A stretch of DNA of 37,602 nt from Alphaproteobacteria bacterium (lineage in GTDB: Bacteria > Pseudomonadota > Alphaproteobacteria > 43-37). The stretch is taken from positions 1 to 37,602 of the forward strand of contig CANLAL010000001.1 in NCBI GenBank assembly GCA_947488045.1. The letters run 5' to 3'. Both the position numbers and the translations under genes were made by a program. The notes below the pieces were generated by a model, which saw only the letters and a program-made list of their open reading frames with translations, did no database searches and was not told the origin of the DNA. How positions within the stretch are numbered: position 1 is the stretch's first letter; each line of letters opens with the position of its first letter. This document shows positions 1 through 9,393 of this stretch, piece after piece.

Positions 1-737
1 ACTAAGGCCCCACAAAATACCGCGAGTTCGCCGCTTCCCGGAACGAAATGAAGTTGCAAATAGTGGGCAAATACGTGGTTTCCCACTAAATAGGCAATCA
101 GGCAATAACAACCTGCCACGATCATTACGGGGACGATGGCTAAGCCATCTAATCCATCGGTCAGGTTGACTGCATTCGAGGCTCCCACCACCACAAGCAT
201 GGCAAAAAGGGTGTAAAACCAACCCATATGAATCAGCACATCTTTAAAAAACGGTACACTTAGACCATTTTGAAGGGGGTGAGCATGATTGAGGGCAATC
301 AAAATGCAGGCTATCGCACTCACTGAAAATTGAAGAATCAGCTTTTTTGTTCCAGAGAGACCCTTTGCATTCCGCTTTGTAAGCTTTAGAAAATCATCCA
401 TGGCCCCTATTAAGCCAAAGCCTAAGGTCAAAAGTAGCACGATCCACATAAAGGGGTTATGCCAATCACTCCAGAGCAATGTGCTAATTGTTAAGACTGT
501 TAAAATTAATAGGCCACCCATGGTGGGAGTGCCTTTTTTAACAAAGTGGGTATGTGGGCCATCATCTCGAATAGGCTGACCTTCCACTTGTTTGGATTTG
601 AGCCAGCTGATAATCTTGGGCCCAAGGAAAAAACTGAGAATGACTGCAGTAATGGTAGCCCCTCCCGTACGAAATGTCAGGTATTTAAAGACATGAAGCA
701 CCCCCCAATCATGGGCTAAAGGCAACAATAGATGCAT
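1..737 (-). CDS. mraY: phospho-N-acetylmuramoyl-pentapeptide transferase MraY, N-terminal ~245 codons; the gene runs off the window start
   Basis: Not in the ORF track because no stop lies in the window. Hand translation from the ATG at 737-735 gives MHLLLPLAHDWGVLHVFKYLTFRTGGATITAVILSFFLGPKIISWLKSKQVEGQPIRDDGPHTHFVKKGTPTMGGLLIL, matching the MraY N-terminus. Its ATG overlaps the murF TAA (TAATG). Position after murF is the canonical dcw order. Confidence 0.9.
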   Translation of the reverse strand, partial: MHLLLPLAHDWGVLHVFKYLTFRTGGATITAVILSFFLGPKIISWLKSKQVEGQPIRDDGPHTHFVKKGTPTMGGLLILTVLTISTLLWSDWHNPFMWIVLLLTLGFGLIGAMDDFLKLTKRNAKGLSGTKKLILQFSVSAIACILIALNHAHPLQNGLSVPFFKDVLIHMGWFYTLFAMLVVVGASNAVNLTDGLDGLAIVPVMIVAGCYCLIAYLVGNHVFAHYLQLHFVPGSGELAVFCGAL

Positions 738-2182
738 TAACATAAGGTGACTTCCTTCTGTTTTCCATGAGCATTCATGAATTGGATGGCCTCTAATACA
801 CGGACCATTTTCATACTATTTGAGCCCTTGATCAGAATGGTATCGCCCCCTTTAATTTGGCTGACTACTTTTTGGGAGAGCTGCTCAACATCTGCTGCCC
901 AGTAGGCGGATAATGAGGTAGAGGCAATCTTATGCAGATGGTGCATCATGGGGCCGCATACGTAAAGTTGATCTACACCTGCTTTTACAAGATGTTCTAG
1001 TACCGCCTCATGGAGCGCTTTTGAATCATGCCCTAATTCCAACATATCGCCTAAGACAGCAATTTTACGGCCTTCACTGCCTGCCAATACAGCGATACCT
1101 GCTGCCATAGATGTAGGATTTGCGTTATAACTATCATCAATTACGGTAACCGTTCCTCCACTGCTGAGTGGAATTTTGATTTCCATGCCACGGCCTTCTA
1201 TTAACGTGAGGTTTTTTATGTCATTGGCGGCTTGAATCAAATCTGCTCCGGCTGCATGCAATGCTGCAAAGATACCTAATGTATTTGAAACCCAATGATC
1301 TCCTTTAAAACCTAGATCTACTAAATAATCTTTTCCAAAAGCCGTGAGCACAATCTGCTGACCTTCTGCCGAAACCCTGTGTGACTTCAAGTGCACATCC
1401 CACTGAGGTGCTCGACCAAAGGTCATTACATGTGCGACTTGAGCTTCATGGGCACGCTTAAGGAGTAAGTCAAAACAAGGGCTATCACCATTAAGGACAG
1501 CCACACCTTTTTGGCGATCCAAACCCACAAAAATTTCTGCTTTTGCATTGGCGATGGCTTCCATTGATCCCAACCGTCCCATGTGGGCCATTCCAATGAT
1601 GGTGATCAACGCCACCTGAGGACGGACTTGAATGGTAAGCCGTCGAATTTCACCCAAAGCATTCATCCCCATTTCAAAGACCCCATACGCCGCATCTTGC
1701 TCAAAATTAGCTAAGCTGAGGGGAACGCCCCAATGGTTATTATAGCTTTTCTGGCTGGTGTTTGTTTTTTTCTGAGCCCCTAAAAGAAAACCCAAAGCAT
1801 GGCGTACACTGGTTTTTCCCACACTTCCCGTGACACCAATAATTGTGGCTGCGCTCCGCCCGCGGGCTTCATTGCCCAATAGTTCTAGCGCTTTGAGCGT
1901 ATCAATCACCATCAGATGAGGTTGCCCTGCGAGAACATTTTGCATTTTTTGAGCCTTAAGATGATCCACGATCACGAGGCTTGCGCCACGCTCTAGGGCT
2001 TGCGATACATAGGCATGCCCATCTGCAACTTCACCTTCGATAGCCACAAAAAGTTCGCCAGGTACAAGGGTTCGGGAATTAATTGAAACCCCGGTAATTG
2101 AGGTGCATGTATCAGGTAAATGTGATTCTTTTACGATGGGGCTTAAAGTCTTGATTATGTCTTCCTTGATCCATAATGTCAT
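737..2182 (-). CDS. murF: UDP-N-acetylmuramoyl-tripeptide--D-alanyl-D-alanine ligase
   Basis: 481-aa ORF with the Mur ligase ATP-binding loop IIGVTGSVGKTS and DDSYNANP. It sits between murE and mraY. Confidence 0.93.
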   Translation of the reverse strand: MTLWIKEDIIKTLSPIVKESHLPDTCTSITGVSINSRTLVPGELFVAIEGEVADGHAYVSQALERGASLVIVDHLKAQKMQNVLAGQPHLMVIDTLKALELLGNEARGRSAATIIGVTGSVGKTSVRHALGFLLGAQKKTNTSQKSYNNHWGVPLSLANFEQDAAYGVFEMGMNALGEIRRLTIQVRPQVALITIIGMAHMGRLGSMEAIANAKAEIFVGLDRQKGVAVLNGDSPCFDLLLKRAHEAQVAHVMTFGRAPQWDVHLKSHRVSAEGQQIVLTAFGKDYLVDLGFKGDHWVSNTLGIFAALHAAGADLIQAANDIKNLTLIEGRGMEIKIPLSSGGTVTVIDDSYNANPTSMAAGIAVLAGSEGRKIAVLGDMLELGHDSKALHEAVLEHLVKAGVDQLYVCGPMMHHLHKIASTSLSAYWAADVEQLSQKVVSQIKGGDTILIKGSNSMKMVRVLEAIQFMNAHGKQKEVTLC

Positions 2183-2188
2183 TATATA

Positions 2189-3691
2189 TCACCTACACAG
2201 CATTTTTGTTACTTGAATATCGTCAAAAGGGAACACCTGATCGCCCACGATTTGGCCTTGTTCGTGACCTTTCCCTGCAACAACGATGATATCCCCTTTT
2301 TGTGCCTGCGCACAGGCTTTTTCGATTGCAGCACGACGATCGCCGACTTCCATGGCGTGAGGACCACATCCCTGCAAGATGTGGCTGCGAATGGCTGCAG
2401 AATCTTCAGATCGAGGATTATCATCTGTCACAATGACTTCATCGGCATTACGTGTTGCCGCTTGGCCCATTAAGATCCGTTTTGTAGGGTCACGATCCCC
2501 GCCACATCCAAAGACCACCCAAAGTTTCTCAGAAGTATGGCCCTTCAGAGCTTCTAGGGCTGTAGCAAGGGCATCAGGCGTATGGGCGTAGTCAACGAAT
2601 ACGGTGGCACCTTGAGCAGTTTTCCCCACCAACTCCATACGCCCCCGCACACTTTTGAGATGCTCCAGTGCCTTTATTGCACTGGGCAAATCCACACCTG
2701 TGGCCAAAGCCAGACCTAATGCACATAGGGCGTTCTGAATTTGAAAAGGACCTAGTAGGGGCAATGAAAATGTATATTTTTTGTCAAATACCTCACAAGT
2801 CACTTCAAAGCCGTGGGATGTTGGATTTATATTTTCAATCCGCAGGTGATGAGCTTGATACCCATAATCAAACACACGGATATGGCGGCGTTCGCATATT
2901 TTTTTCAAGGGCTCAAACTCTGGAACATCTGCATTTAACACAGCAGTTCCTGCGGGCAATAAAACTTCTTCAAATAAACGGATTTTAGCCTTGAAATACT
3001 GCTCCATTGTACCATGGTAATCTAGGTGATCTTGACTCAACTGGGTGAATCCTGATGCATTCATTGATACCCCTGAAAGGCGATACTGCTCTAACCCAAT
3101 GGATGAAGCTTCCAAACTCACATGCGTTATTCCTGCTTCTGCAAGATTTTGTAAAGTTTGGGAAAGGGTGAGCGCATCAGGTGTGGTTAATGTGGAGTCT
3201 ACCTCAACCTCTCCTACGTCAGCCTCTAAGCCTACAGTCCCCCAATAGGCAGAAATATGACCCGCGTAGGACCATATTTGCCGCACAAAGCTGGCCACTG
3301 AACTTTTTCCATTGGTGCCCGTTACGGCCACAAGCGTTTTTGGTACATTGGGATACATATGGGCAGCAATCTGGCTTAGAGCATAGCGAACGTTCTCAAC
3401 CTTGAGAAGGACAACGCGATGATATGCTGCCTGTTCTTGCACTTGAATAGGAAGGGCAACACCTGATTCCATCAGGACAACCTGAGCCTGTCGAGCAATG
3501 GCCTCCTCGATATATAATGTCACACGCTCACATTCTTGGGCTAAGCAGACATAAAGACCACCTGGATGGATCTTGCGTGTATCTGAGGCAATATGGCCGA
3601 TGTCATGATAGGGAAGGCCACCGGGGGTAATGTGATCGCCATAGTGCGTCACATTGAGACCGTGCAGCAAGGAACTTAAGGTGTTAGCCAT
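2189..3691 (-). CDS. murE: UDP-N-acetylmuramoyl-L-alanyl-D-glutamate--2,6-diaminopimelate ligase
   Basis: 500-aa ORF with P-loop VAVTGTNGKSS and a DDNPRSEDS motif typical of meso-DAP-adding MurE. dcw order fits. Confidence 0.93.
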   Translation of the reverse strand: MANTLSSLLHGLNVTHYGDHITPGGLPYHDIGHIASDTRKIHPGGLYVCLAQECERVTLYIEEAIARQAQVVLMESGVALPIQVQEQAAYHRVVLLKVENVRYALSQIAAHMYPNVPKTLVAVTGTNGKSSVASFVRQIWSYAGHISAYWGTVGLEADVGEVEVDSTLTTPDALTLSQTLQNLAEAGITHVSLEASSIGLEQYRLSGVSMNASGFTQLSQDHLDYHGTMEQYFKAKIRLFEEVLLPAGTAVLNADVPEFEPLKKICERRHIRVFDYGYQAHHLRIENINPTSHGFEVTCEVFDKKYTFSLPLLGPFQIQNALCALGLALATGVDLPSAIKALEHLKSVRGRMELVGKTAQGATVFVDYAHTPDALATALEALKGHTSEKLWVVFGCGGDRDPTKRILMGQAATRNADEVIVTDDNPRSEDSAAIRSHILQGCGPHAMEVGDRRAAIEKACAQAQKGDIIVVAGKGHEQGQIVGDQVFPFDDIQVTKMLCR

Positions 3692-5385
3692 TAATGATGC
3701 TCCACCAGTGCATTGGCTTTAAAAATTTCATATTCTGGAGATGTTGCCTCTTCTTCCTCAATGGGGGTAACGCCGAGCATGGAGGCACTGCGCGCCACCA
3801 CATTCTTAACGATGGGCGCCGCTATCCAACCTGCGGTGGCGAATCCGTGAGAGTCCTTATTCCCTTTTGGTTTATCCACCATCACCATCACTAAATATTT
3901 AGGATCAGACATGGGAAAGGCCGAAATAAAAGTAACAATATTATCGCGACTGTACTTGCCATTTACAACTTTTTCGGCTGTTCCTGTTTTACCGCCGATA
4001 TCATATCCCATGGCTTTTGCATTGCGCCCCGTTCCATGTTGAACCACCAATCTCAACAAATTGCGCATGGTGTGCGATGTTTTTTCTGAAACCACCCGAA
4101 TACCAGGGTCTTTATGACCTTCCTTGATCTTTAAAAGAGTTGGTCGTCTTAAGATACCACCATTAATTGTGGAGCATACGGCGTTTGAGATTTGCATGGG
4201 GGAAATGCATATACCATAGCCATAGGCCATACTCATGGAATTAAGCTCTTTCCACTCCCCTGGAACAATGGGCGCGCCCACCTCAGGTAACTCTAATATT
4301 GGGGCTTGCAGCAACCCAAATTTTTTCAGGTAATCTTGATGAGCAGGAACACCTACGGCTTTTACCATATGAATCATGCCAATATTGGATGAATGCAAAA
4401 AAATCTGAGGAATATCAGCAACAATTTTTTTAGGGTGGTAATCCCGAATTTTGAACCGCCCCACGCGGATGGGTTCTGAAATATCGAAACGACTATTTAT
4501 TTTAACCGCCCCACTTTCCAATGCCAATGCCGTGGTTAAAATTTTCATGCTGGACCCTACCTCATAAACCCCTGAGGTCACCATATTGAACATATTTTCC
4601 GGCGCCGTTTTGGCTATCTCATGGGGGTTGTAATCGGGCAAAGAACACATGGCCACCACTTCACTCGTATCCACTTTCATAATGAGGCCTGCGCCCCCGA
4701 TGGCCTTAAACTGTTTCATTTTTTCTTGAATTTCGCTCTTCAGAATATGCTGAACCCGCATATCGATGGAAAGTTCTAAAGGACTTTTATCGCTAATCAA
4801 AGCCTCATCAAAATACTTTTCAATGCCTGAGACGCCTTTATTATCAACGTTTGTGCACCCCAAAACATGAGAAAACAGAGAACCATGCGGATACACACGC
4901 TTTTCCTCACGCTGAAAACCAATACCAGGCAGGCCCATCTCATAAACCGCACTTTGCTGTTGCGGAGTCAGATTTCTTTTAATCCAGGCAAAACCTTGCT
5001 GAGACTTCAATTTAGTCAAAACTGTTTCATATTTTAGATCAGGCAAAACCTGAGCCAATTGTTTGGCTGTTATTTCAGGGCTAATCACATTTTTGGGATT
5101 CACATAAAGAGATTGGGTTACAAGACTTGTAGCCAGAATTACACCATTCCGATCAACAATATCTGCGCGTGCAATTTCTTCTTTGATTCCTGCATTTACA
5201 AATTCGGATTCATCTTCAGGGGACAAAAGCATCAACTGCCCTAATCGTCCTCCAATCACCAGAAAAGCCACAATGAATCCGACCATCACAATGGTCAGGC
5301 GGGTTTTTGCCATATCATCGGAAACAGCGGCTTTTTTCACTCTGTTCGCGTTTAGTGCAGAAGGAGGGTTGCGCAGTTCTTTCAA
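3691..5385 (-). CDS. ftsI: penicillin-binding protein 3 / peptidoglycan D,D-transpeptidase FtsI
   Basis: 564-aa ORF with an N-terminal TM anchor and the transpeptidase triad SxxK (GSSMKI), SxN (HSSNIG) and KTG (GGKTGTAE). It overlaps the murE start by 1 nt. Confidence 0.92.
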   Translation of the reverse strand: MKELRNPPSALNANRVKKAAVSDDMAKTRLTIVMVGFIVAFLVIGGRLGQLMLLSPEDESEFVNAGIKEEIARADIVDRNGVILATSLVTQSLYVNPKNVISPEITAKQLAQVLPDLKYETVLTKLKSQQGFAWIKRNLTPQQQSAVYEMGLPGIGFQREEKRVYPHGSLFSHVLGCTNVDNKGVSGIEKYFDEALISDKSPLELSIDMRVQHILKSEIQEKMKQFKAIGGAGLIMKVDTSEVVAMCSLPDYNPHEIAKTAPENMFNMVTSGVYEVGSSMKILTTALALESGAVKINSRFDISEPIRVGRFKIRDYHPKKIVADIPQIFLHSSNIGMIHMVKAVGVPAHQDYLKKFGLLQAPILELPEVGAPIVPGEWKELNSMSMAYGYGICISPMQISNAVCSTINGGILRRPTLLKIKEGHKDPGIRVVSEKTSHTMRNLLRLVVQHGTGRNAKAMGYDIGGKTGTAEKVVNGKYSRDNIVTFISAFPMSDPKYLVMVMVDKPKGNKDSHGFATAGWIAAPIVKNVVARSASMLGVTPIEEEEATSPEYEIFKANALVEHH

Positions 5386-5717
5386 GAGCCCTCTCCTGAT
5401 ACCACATGCCCTTGGAGAACAGCTTGGACAAGGTTTTCCTCTTCTACCACGCGCATGACCTCATATAGATCAACCACTTGGTTGTGAAGAAGCGGTTTTA
5501 GCCCCAAAAACTGATCAGAGAGCTTTTGCAGCCGATCTGGTTGCGTGAGATAACTCCACTCCGCCTGACAAACCTTGATAATTTCTTGGTTGTCGGCAAT
5601 CTTTTTTTCTACCACTTGGAGCTGAGACTCTAAGGAAGAGACCCTGTATTTTACTTGAAAAAGAACCACACCAAATAATATGGAACCGATCACAAAAATA
5701 AAAGTGACTAGCTTCAT
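5382..5717 (-). CDS. ftsL: cell division protein FtsL (small bitopic membrane / coiled-coil protein)
   Basis: 111 aa with a single N-terminal TM helix (LVTFIFVIGSILFGVVLF) followed by a coiled-coil-like segment. There are 4-nt overlaps with both rsmH and ftsI. It occupies the canonical slot between rsmH and ftsI. Confidence 0.8.
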   Translation of the reverse strand: MKLVTFIFVIGSILFGVVLFQVKYRVSSLESQLQVVEKKIADNQEIIKVCQAEWSYLTQPDRLQKLSDQFLGLKPLLHNQVVDLYEVMRVVEEENLVQAVLQGHVVSGEGS

Positions 5718-6670
5718 GGTCCCATCACTCCTTCTTCCCTAACCACCTCCATGCGCATTGCAGCACGTAATTTAGCAGATCTCGACCGAGGATTGATTGT
5801 GATTTCAGCTTGTGTAGCTGATTGAGGCTTGGGAGTAAGCACATGCCATACACGGGATGGGGCTTGACGCCCGCCTGGATGATAGCGAGAAGCACAGGTT
5901 TGCAGTTCAACTTTCTCACTTAAGGCATTTTTTACAATGCGATCCTCCAAAGAATGGAACGATACCACAACAATACGCCCCCCAGGAACAAGCAAGGCTT
6001 CAGCAGCTTTCAACGCCCTCTCTAACTCTCCCAATTCATCGTTTACATAAACCCTTAGCGCCATAAAGGTACGCGTCGCGCCATCTAAGCCAGGTTGATA
6101 GCCTACGATTTTGCGAACAATATCTGCCAGCATTTGCGTCCGATCAATCGGCGTTTCTTCACGTACGCGTACAATAGCTTTGGCGATAGCTCGGGAACGC
6201 CGTTCTTGCCCATATTTCCAAATAATATCTGCTAGTTCTTTTTCTGAATGATCCGCCACCACATCCGCTGCTGACAAACCTTGACCGGACATGCGCATGT
6301 CTAAAGGCCCATCTGACTGAAACGAAAAGCCCCGCTGGGCTTCATCCAATTGTGGGGAGGAAACGCCTAAATCAAGCACGATCCCATCCACCTGGGTTAC
6401 ACCTTGAGTGGCTAAAAGCCCCTGCATGTTGCCAAATTCACCTTCTATCAAGGTTAGGCGATTGTTATATTCTGACTTTAACGCTAACCCCCGTTTTATG
6501 GCATCTGGATCACGATCAATTCCAAGCACGTGCACATCTGCTTTTTCCAAAAGCGCTCGGGCATATCCCCCTGCGCCAAAAGTACCGTCTACATAGGTCT
6601 GTTTTGGCAATGGGTTCAATAAGGCTACAACTTCTTGGCACATAACTGGGAAATGGACAGATTGCATCAA
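5714..6670 (-). CDS. rsmH: 16S rRNA (cytosine1402-N4)-methyltransferase RsmH (MraW)
   Basis: 318 aa carrying HFPVM, the SAM motif DGTFGAGGY, plus GIDRDP and DLGVSSPQLD. Confidence 0.94.
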   Translation of the reverse strand: MMQSVHFPVMCQEVVALLNPLPKQTYVDGTFGAGGYARALLEKADVHVLGIDRDPDAIKRGLALKSEYNNRLTLIEGEFGNMQGLLATQGVTQVDGIVLDLGVSSPQLDEAQRGFSFQSDGPLDMRMSGQGLSAADVVADHSEKELADIIWKYGQERRSRAIAKAIVRVREETPIDRTQMLADIVRKIVGYQPGLDGATRTFMALRVYVNDELGELERALKAAEALLVPGGRIVVVSFHSLEDRIVKNALSEKVELQTCASRYHPGGRQAPSRVWHVLTPKPQSATQAEITINPRSRSAKLRAAMRMEVVREEGVMGP

Positions 6671-7134
6671 GCCTGCCCTCCTTTGATCACATGAAAAGGC
6701 AAACTCATTTCACCCTGTTGAAGACGCAAACGGGCTTGTTCTTTATGATGGGCAAAGGCTGCTGGTTCCCACATTTGAAAGGTTGACCCACACCCCACAA
6801 AAGCAACCTGGCCATGAATATTCGCATGTTTAACTAAGCTTTCGGGGAGCGTAATACGTCCCTCAGAGTCAAAGGCAAGATGTTCGCAATCGGCAAAAAT
6901 TGCAGAGGTATAATCACTTCTTTGCGATGAAAACATGGGCATTTGATCGACTTGGCTCACCATACGTTCCATGATATCACCCCCAAAAACCTCAATGGCC
7001 TTTGTCGCATAAGAACGTAAGGCAACAAGACCTGAAACAGGTTTTTTTTCCAAGGCTGTACGAAAGCTTGCAGGAACGGAAACACGGCCCTTTTTATCCA
7101 GCTTATTGACATATGTTGATACAAATATCGACAT
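6667..7134 (-). CDS. mraZ: transcriptional regulator MraZ
   Basis: 155 aa with two SpoVT/AbrB-type repeats, DKKGRVSVP and DSEGRITLP. It is the first gene of the dcw block. Confidence 0.93.
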   Translation of the reverse strand: MSIFVSTYVNKLDKKGRVSVPASFRTALEKKPVSGLVALRSYATKAIEVFGGDIMERMVSQVDQMPMFSSQRSDYTSAIFADCEHLAFDSEGRITLPESLVKHANIHGQVAFVGCGSTFQMWEPAAFAHHKEQARLRLQQGEMSLPFHVIKGGQA

Positions 7135-7214
7135 TTTTGACGGTTACCTTGGTCCAAACTTATATTAATGCACCCCACCTTATGACAGGATTGAGGCATA
7201 CGACCCCTTAGTTT

Positions 7215-7269
7215 TGGGATAACATGGGATAGCATGGGAGTCAATGGGATTTTTTGGGAAACCATGGCA
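7215..7269 (+). promoter_or_regulatory. putative MraZ operator: five perfect and one degenerate TGGGA-N5 direct repeats with exact 10-bp phasing
   Basis: TGGGA occurs at 7215, 7225, 7235, 7245 and 7255, and TGGCA at 7265 (tgggataaca tgggatagca tgggagtcaa tgggattttt tgggaaacca tggcaa). The array lies 81-135 bp upstream of the mraZ start at 7134. E. coli MraZ is reported to bind direct GTGGG/TGGGN repeats separated by 5-nt spacers. Confidence 0.65.
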
Positions 7270-7551
7270 AACCCTTATTCAGCGCGTGTATTTTTAATAT
7301 GGGAGCTGACCCATTAAAGTTTAGTTAAGATTTCTATTCAAACCCCTTGTTTTTAAGGAGTTTCTAATTTTCTTGAATGATAAAATGCAGCTTTATGATT
7401 CTATTATTTGTTCGTTATTGACACTTATTTTTCATCCTAAAGAATAAAAGGATATTAATGCTTGCATCTAACCAATTGATTTCCTAGCATGAATAGTTAA
7501 TTTTTTCTTAATCCCTTATTTCGACAAGTAATGTATAGGGCATGATGAGCC

Positions 7552-8706
7552 ATGACACGTAATATTGTTTTTGCAGGATTTGCTATTTTTGCCATGTTCT
7601 TTGGCTCTGGAAATATCGTCTTCCCCTTAAGCTTGGGGCGAACTTCAGGAGATGTCTGGGCATATGCAATGGTAGGATTTTTTTCTACAGCTGTCATTGT
7701 GCCATTCTTGGGCTTAATTGCCATTGTGCTTTTAAAAGGCAGTAGCGCCCGCTTTTTTGAAATTGTAGGCACAGGGTTAGTGTATTTGGGTCACAAATGC
7801 GGACTTCCTAAAAAACCCGTGGCTTTTGTTGGGGCGAAAATAGGCGCCCTCATGCAACTCTTCATCATTGCGCTTATCGGGCCATTTTGCATCATTCCTC
7901 GCTGCATTACTGTAAGTTACGGCGCATTTAAATTTACGCATTTGGCGCTGGAAGAATATATCTTTGCGGGCCTGTTTTGCTTGAGTTTATGGGCACTGAC
8001 TCTGCGCCGCGAACAAGTCATCCCTATCATCAGTAAGTTTTTAACCCCCATTAAGTTTTCACTCATTTGGCTATTAATTGGCTTAGGCATATATTATGCG
8101 CCTATAACACAATTGGATGCATGCAATGCCGCTGAAACTTTCCAGTTAGGTGTGCTCAGTGGTTATAATACGATGGACCTTTCTGCAGCCATCTTTTTTG
8201 CAGCTGCAATAATGGGATTTTTTAAGAGCGTTGATGGGAATAATACAAAGGCTCTTCTTAAAGATGGATTTTATGCCAGCATCATTGGTGCCAGTTTACT
8301 CACGGCTGTATATATTTGCTTTGTCTATTTAGGAGCAATATATGCCCCTCTTACCTGCCATGTTCCCAATGTGGAAATTCTTCCTACCATTGCTCAGCAC
8401 GCCCTAGGGCCATCAGCGAGTATTATTTTTTGCATCACGATTGTTTTTTCATGCCTTACCACTTCTGTGGCTTTAACGACTTGTTGGATGGACACGCTGA
8501 AGGAACTCAACATATTCAATGAAATTTCTTATCAAACCAAGCTCTTGATTAGCCTAGTCATTAGCTACACGATTTCCATATATCTTGGTTTTGATAAAAT
8601 TCTTAATCTGATGGGCCCGGTTCTTGAGGTGCTTTACCCTGCGTTGATTCTCATAGCTATCATTCACATTCTGAGAGAAGTCTCAGCCATGAAAATTAAG
8701 CGCTGA
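7552..8706 (+). CDS. brnQ: branched-chain amino acid transport system II carrier (LIVCS family, BrnQ-like)
   Basis: 384-aa polytopic membrane protein. The N-terminal signature FAMFFGSGNIVFPLSLG matches the BrnQ GAGNLIFPP motif. It is shorter than the roughly 430-440 aa I recall for BrnQ. Confidence 0.75.
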   Translation: MTRNIVFAGFAIFAMFFGSGNIVFPLSLGRTSGDVWAYAMVGFFSTAVIVPFLGLIAIVLLKGSSARFFEIVGTGLVYLGHKCGLPKKPVAFVGAKIGALMQLFIIALIGPFCIIPRCITVSYGAFKFTHLALEEYIFAGLFCLSLWALTLRREQVIPIISKFLTPIKFSLIWLLIGLGIYYAPITQLDACNAAETFQLGVLSGYNTMDLSAAIFFAAAIMGFFKSVDGNNTKALLKDGFYASIIGASLLTAVYICFVYLGAIYAPLTCHVPNVEILPTIAQHALGPSASIIFCITIVFSCLTTSVALTTCWMDTLKELNIFNEISYQTKLLISLVISYTISIYLGFDKILNLMGPVLEVLYPALILIAIIHILREVSAMKIKR

Positions 8707-8746
8707 GTTGATGCACCTTTGCTGAGCTAAGGGAATGCTGTTTTCT

Positions 8747-9286
8747 TTAAGAATCATCTCCGTCGTCCAAATCCTCTGATGTGTCATCAAGAGAGGTATC
8801 GGGTGAAGTGTCACCACTTCTGGCTAGAGCATCCTCATCTAAATCTAGGCCAGCATCGGTGCTGGAATCAGAATCATCATTGGAACTTGAGCTGGAATCA
8901 GAATCATCATCTGTAATAGCAGAGTCATCAGAAAGAGATTTGACCGCACCTAACCCTACTGGTTTAGGACAATTTCCTGGAGGAGGTAACATTTTTCCGC
9001 TTTGAGCTGCATCGGTTGCTGCTGCAACGGACACCCCAGAGGCAGCCATCAAACACCCTGGAATAATTTTTTGAGGGCACTGCTTGCACCGATCAAATAA
9101 GGTTTTACTTGAAGCACATGCCGCAGGTGTACAGGCGAAACGGCAAAAAAATGTGCCTTTATCAACGCTTGAAACAACACCTTGTGGAGAGTCAGTCGAC
9201 GCTGTATTTTGGCTATAGCTTGCTCCGGAGAAACACAAAATTCCTAAAAGAATCGCGAGCGCATAATTTGAAAAACGTGAGACCAT
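8747..9286 (-). CDS. secreted Cys-rich protein with Asp/Ser-rich acidic C-terminal tail (orphan)
   Basis: 179 aa with a signal peptide (MVSRFSNYALAILLGILCFSGASYS). The mature part has 9 Cys (FFCRFACTPAACASS..CKQCPQKIIPGC..GNCP). The last ~70 aa are about half D/S/E. I recognise no family. Confidence 0.6.
   Translation of the reverse strand: MVSRFSNYALAILLGILCFSGASYSQNTASTDSPQGVVSSVDKGTFFCRFACTPAACASSKTLFDRCKQCPQKIIPGCLMAASGVSVAAATDAAQSGKMLPPPGNCPKPVGLGAVKSLSDDSAITDDDSDSSSSSNDDSDSSTDAGLDLDEDALARSGDTSPDTSLDDTSEDLDDGDDS
8861..8910. repeat. in-frame tandem duplication inside the acidic tail coding region
   Basis: The 20-mer gctggaatcagaatcatcat occurs at 8861-8880 and again at 8891-8910. The period is 30 nt (10 codons) and it encodes the repeated DDSDSS motif. 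Confidence 0.8.
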
Positions 9287-9393
9287 TGTTCAACCTACCT
9301 TTTAACCCATCATTTCCTTTAGGGAATGACCATAAAATCTGATAAATCCATCGTAATCATGAACTCTTAAAAAGCCGTTAATGCTTGCAATTC

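Noticed and set aside
6957-7265. 102-aa minus-strand ORF spanning the mraZ 5' end and the TGGGA repeat array
   Set aside because: It overlaps mraZ in another frame, and its upstream half is simply the translated decamer repeat. The array is better explained as an operator.
7497-7772. 91-aa minus-strand ORF overlapping the brnQ start
   Set aside because: It is antisense to the well-supported BrnQ N-terminus (FFGSGNIVFP). Its sequence is hydrophilic and low-complexity, and it has no RBS.
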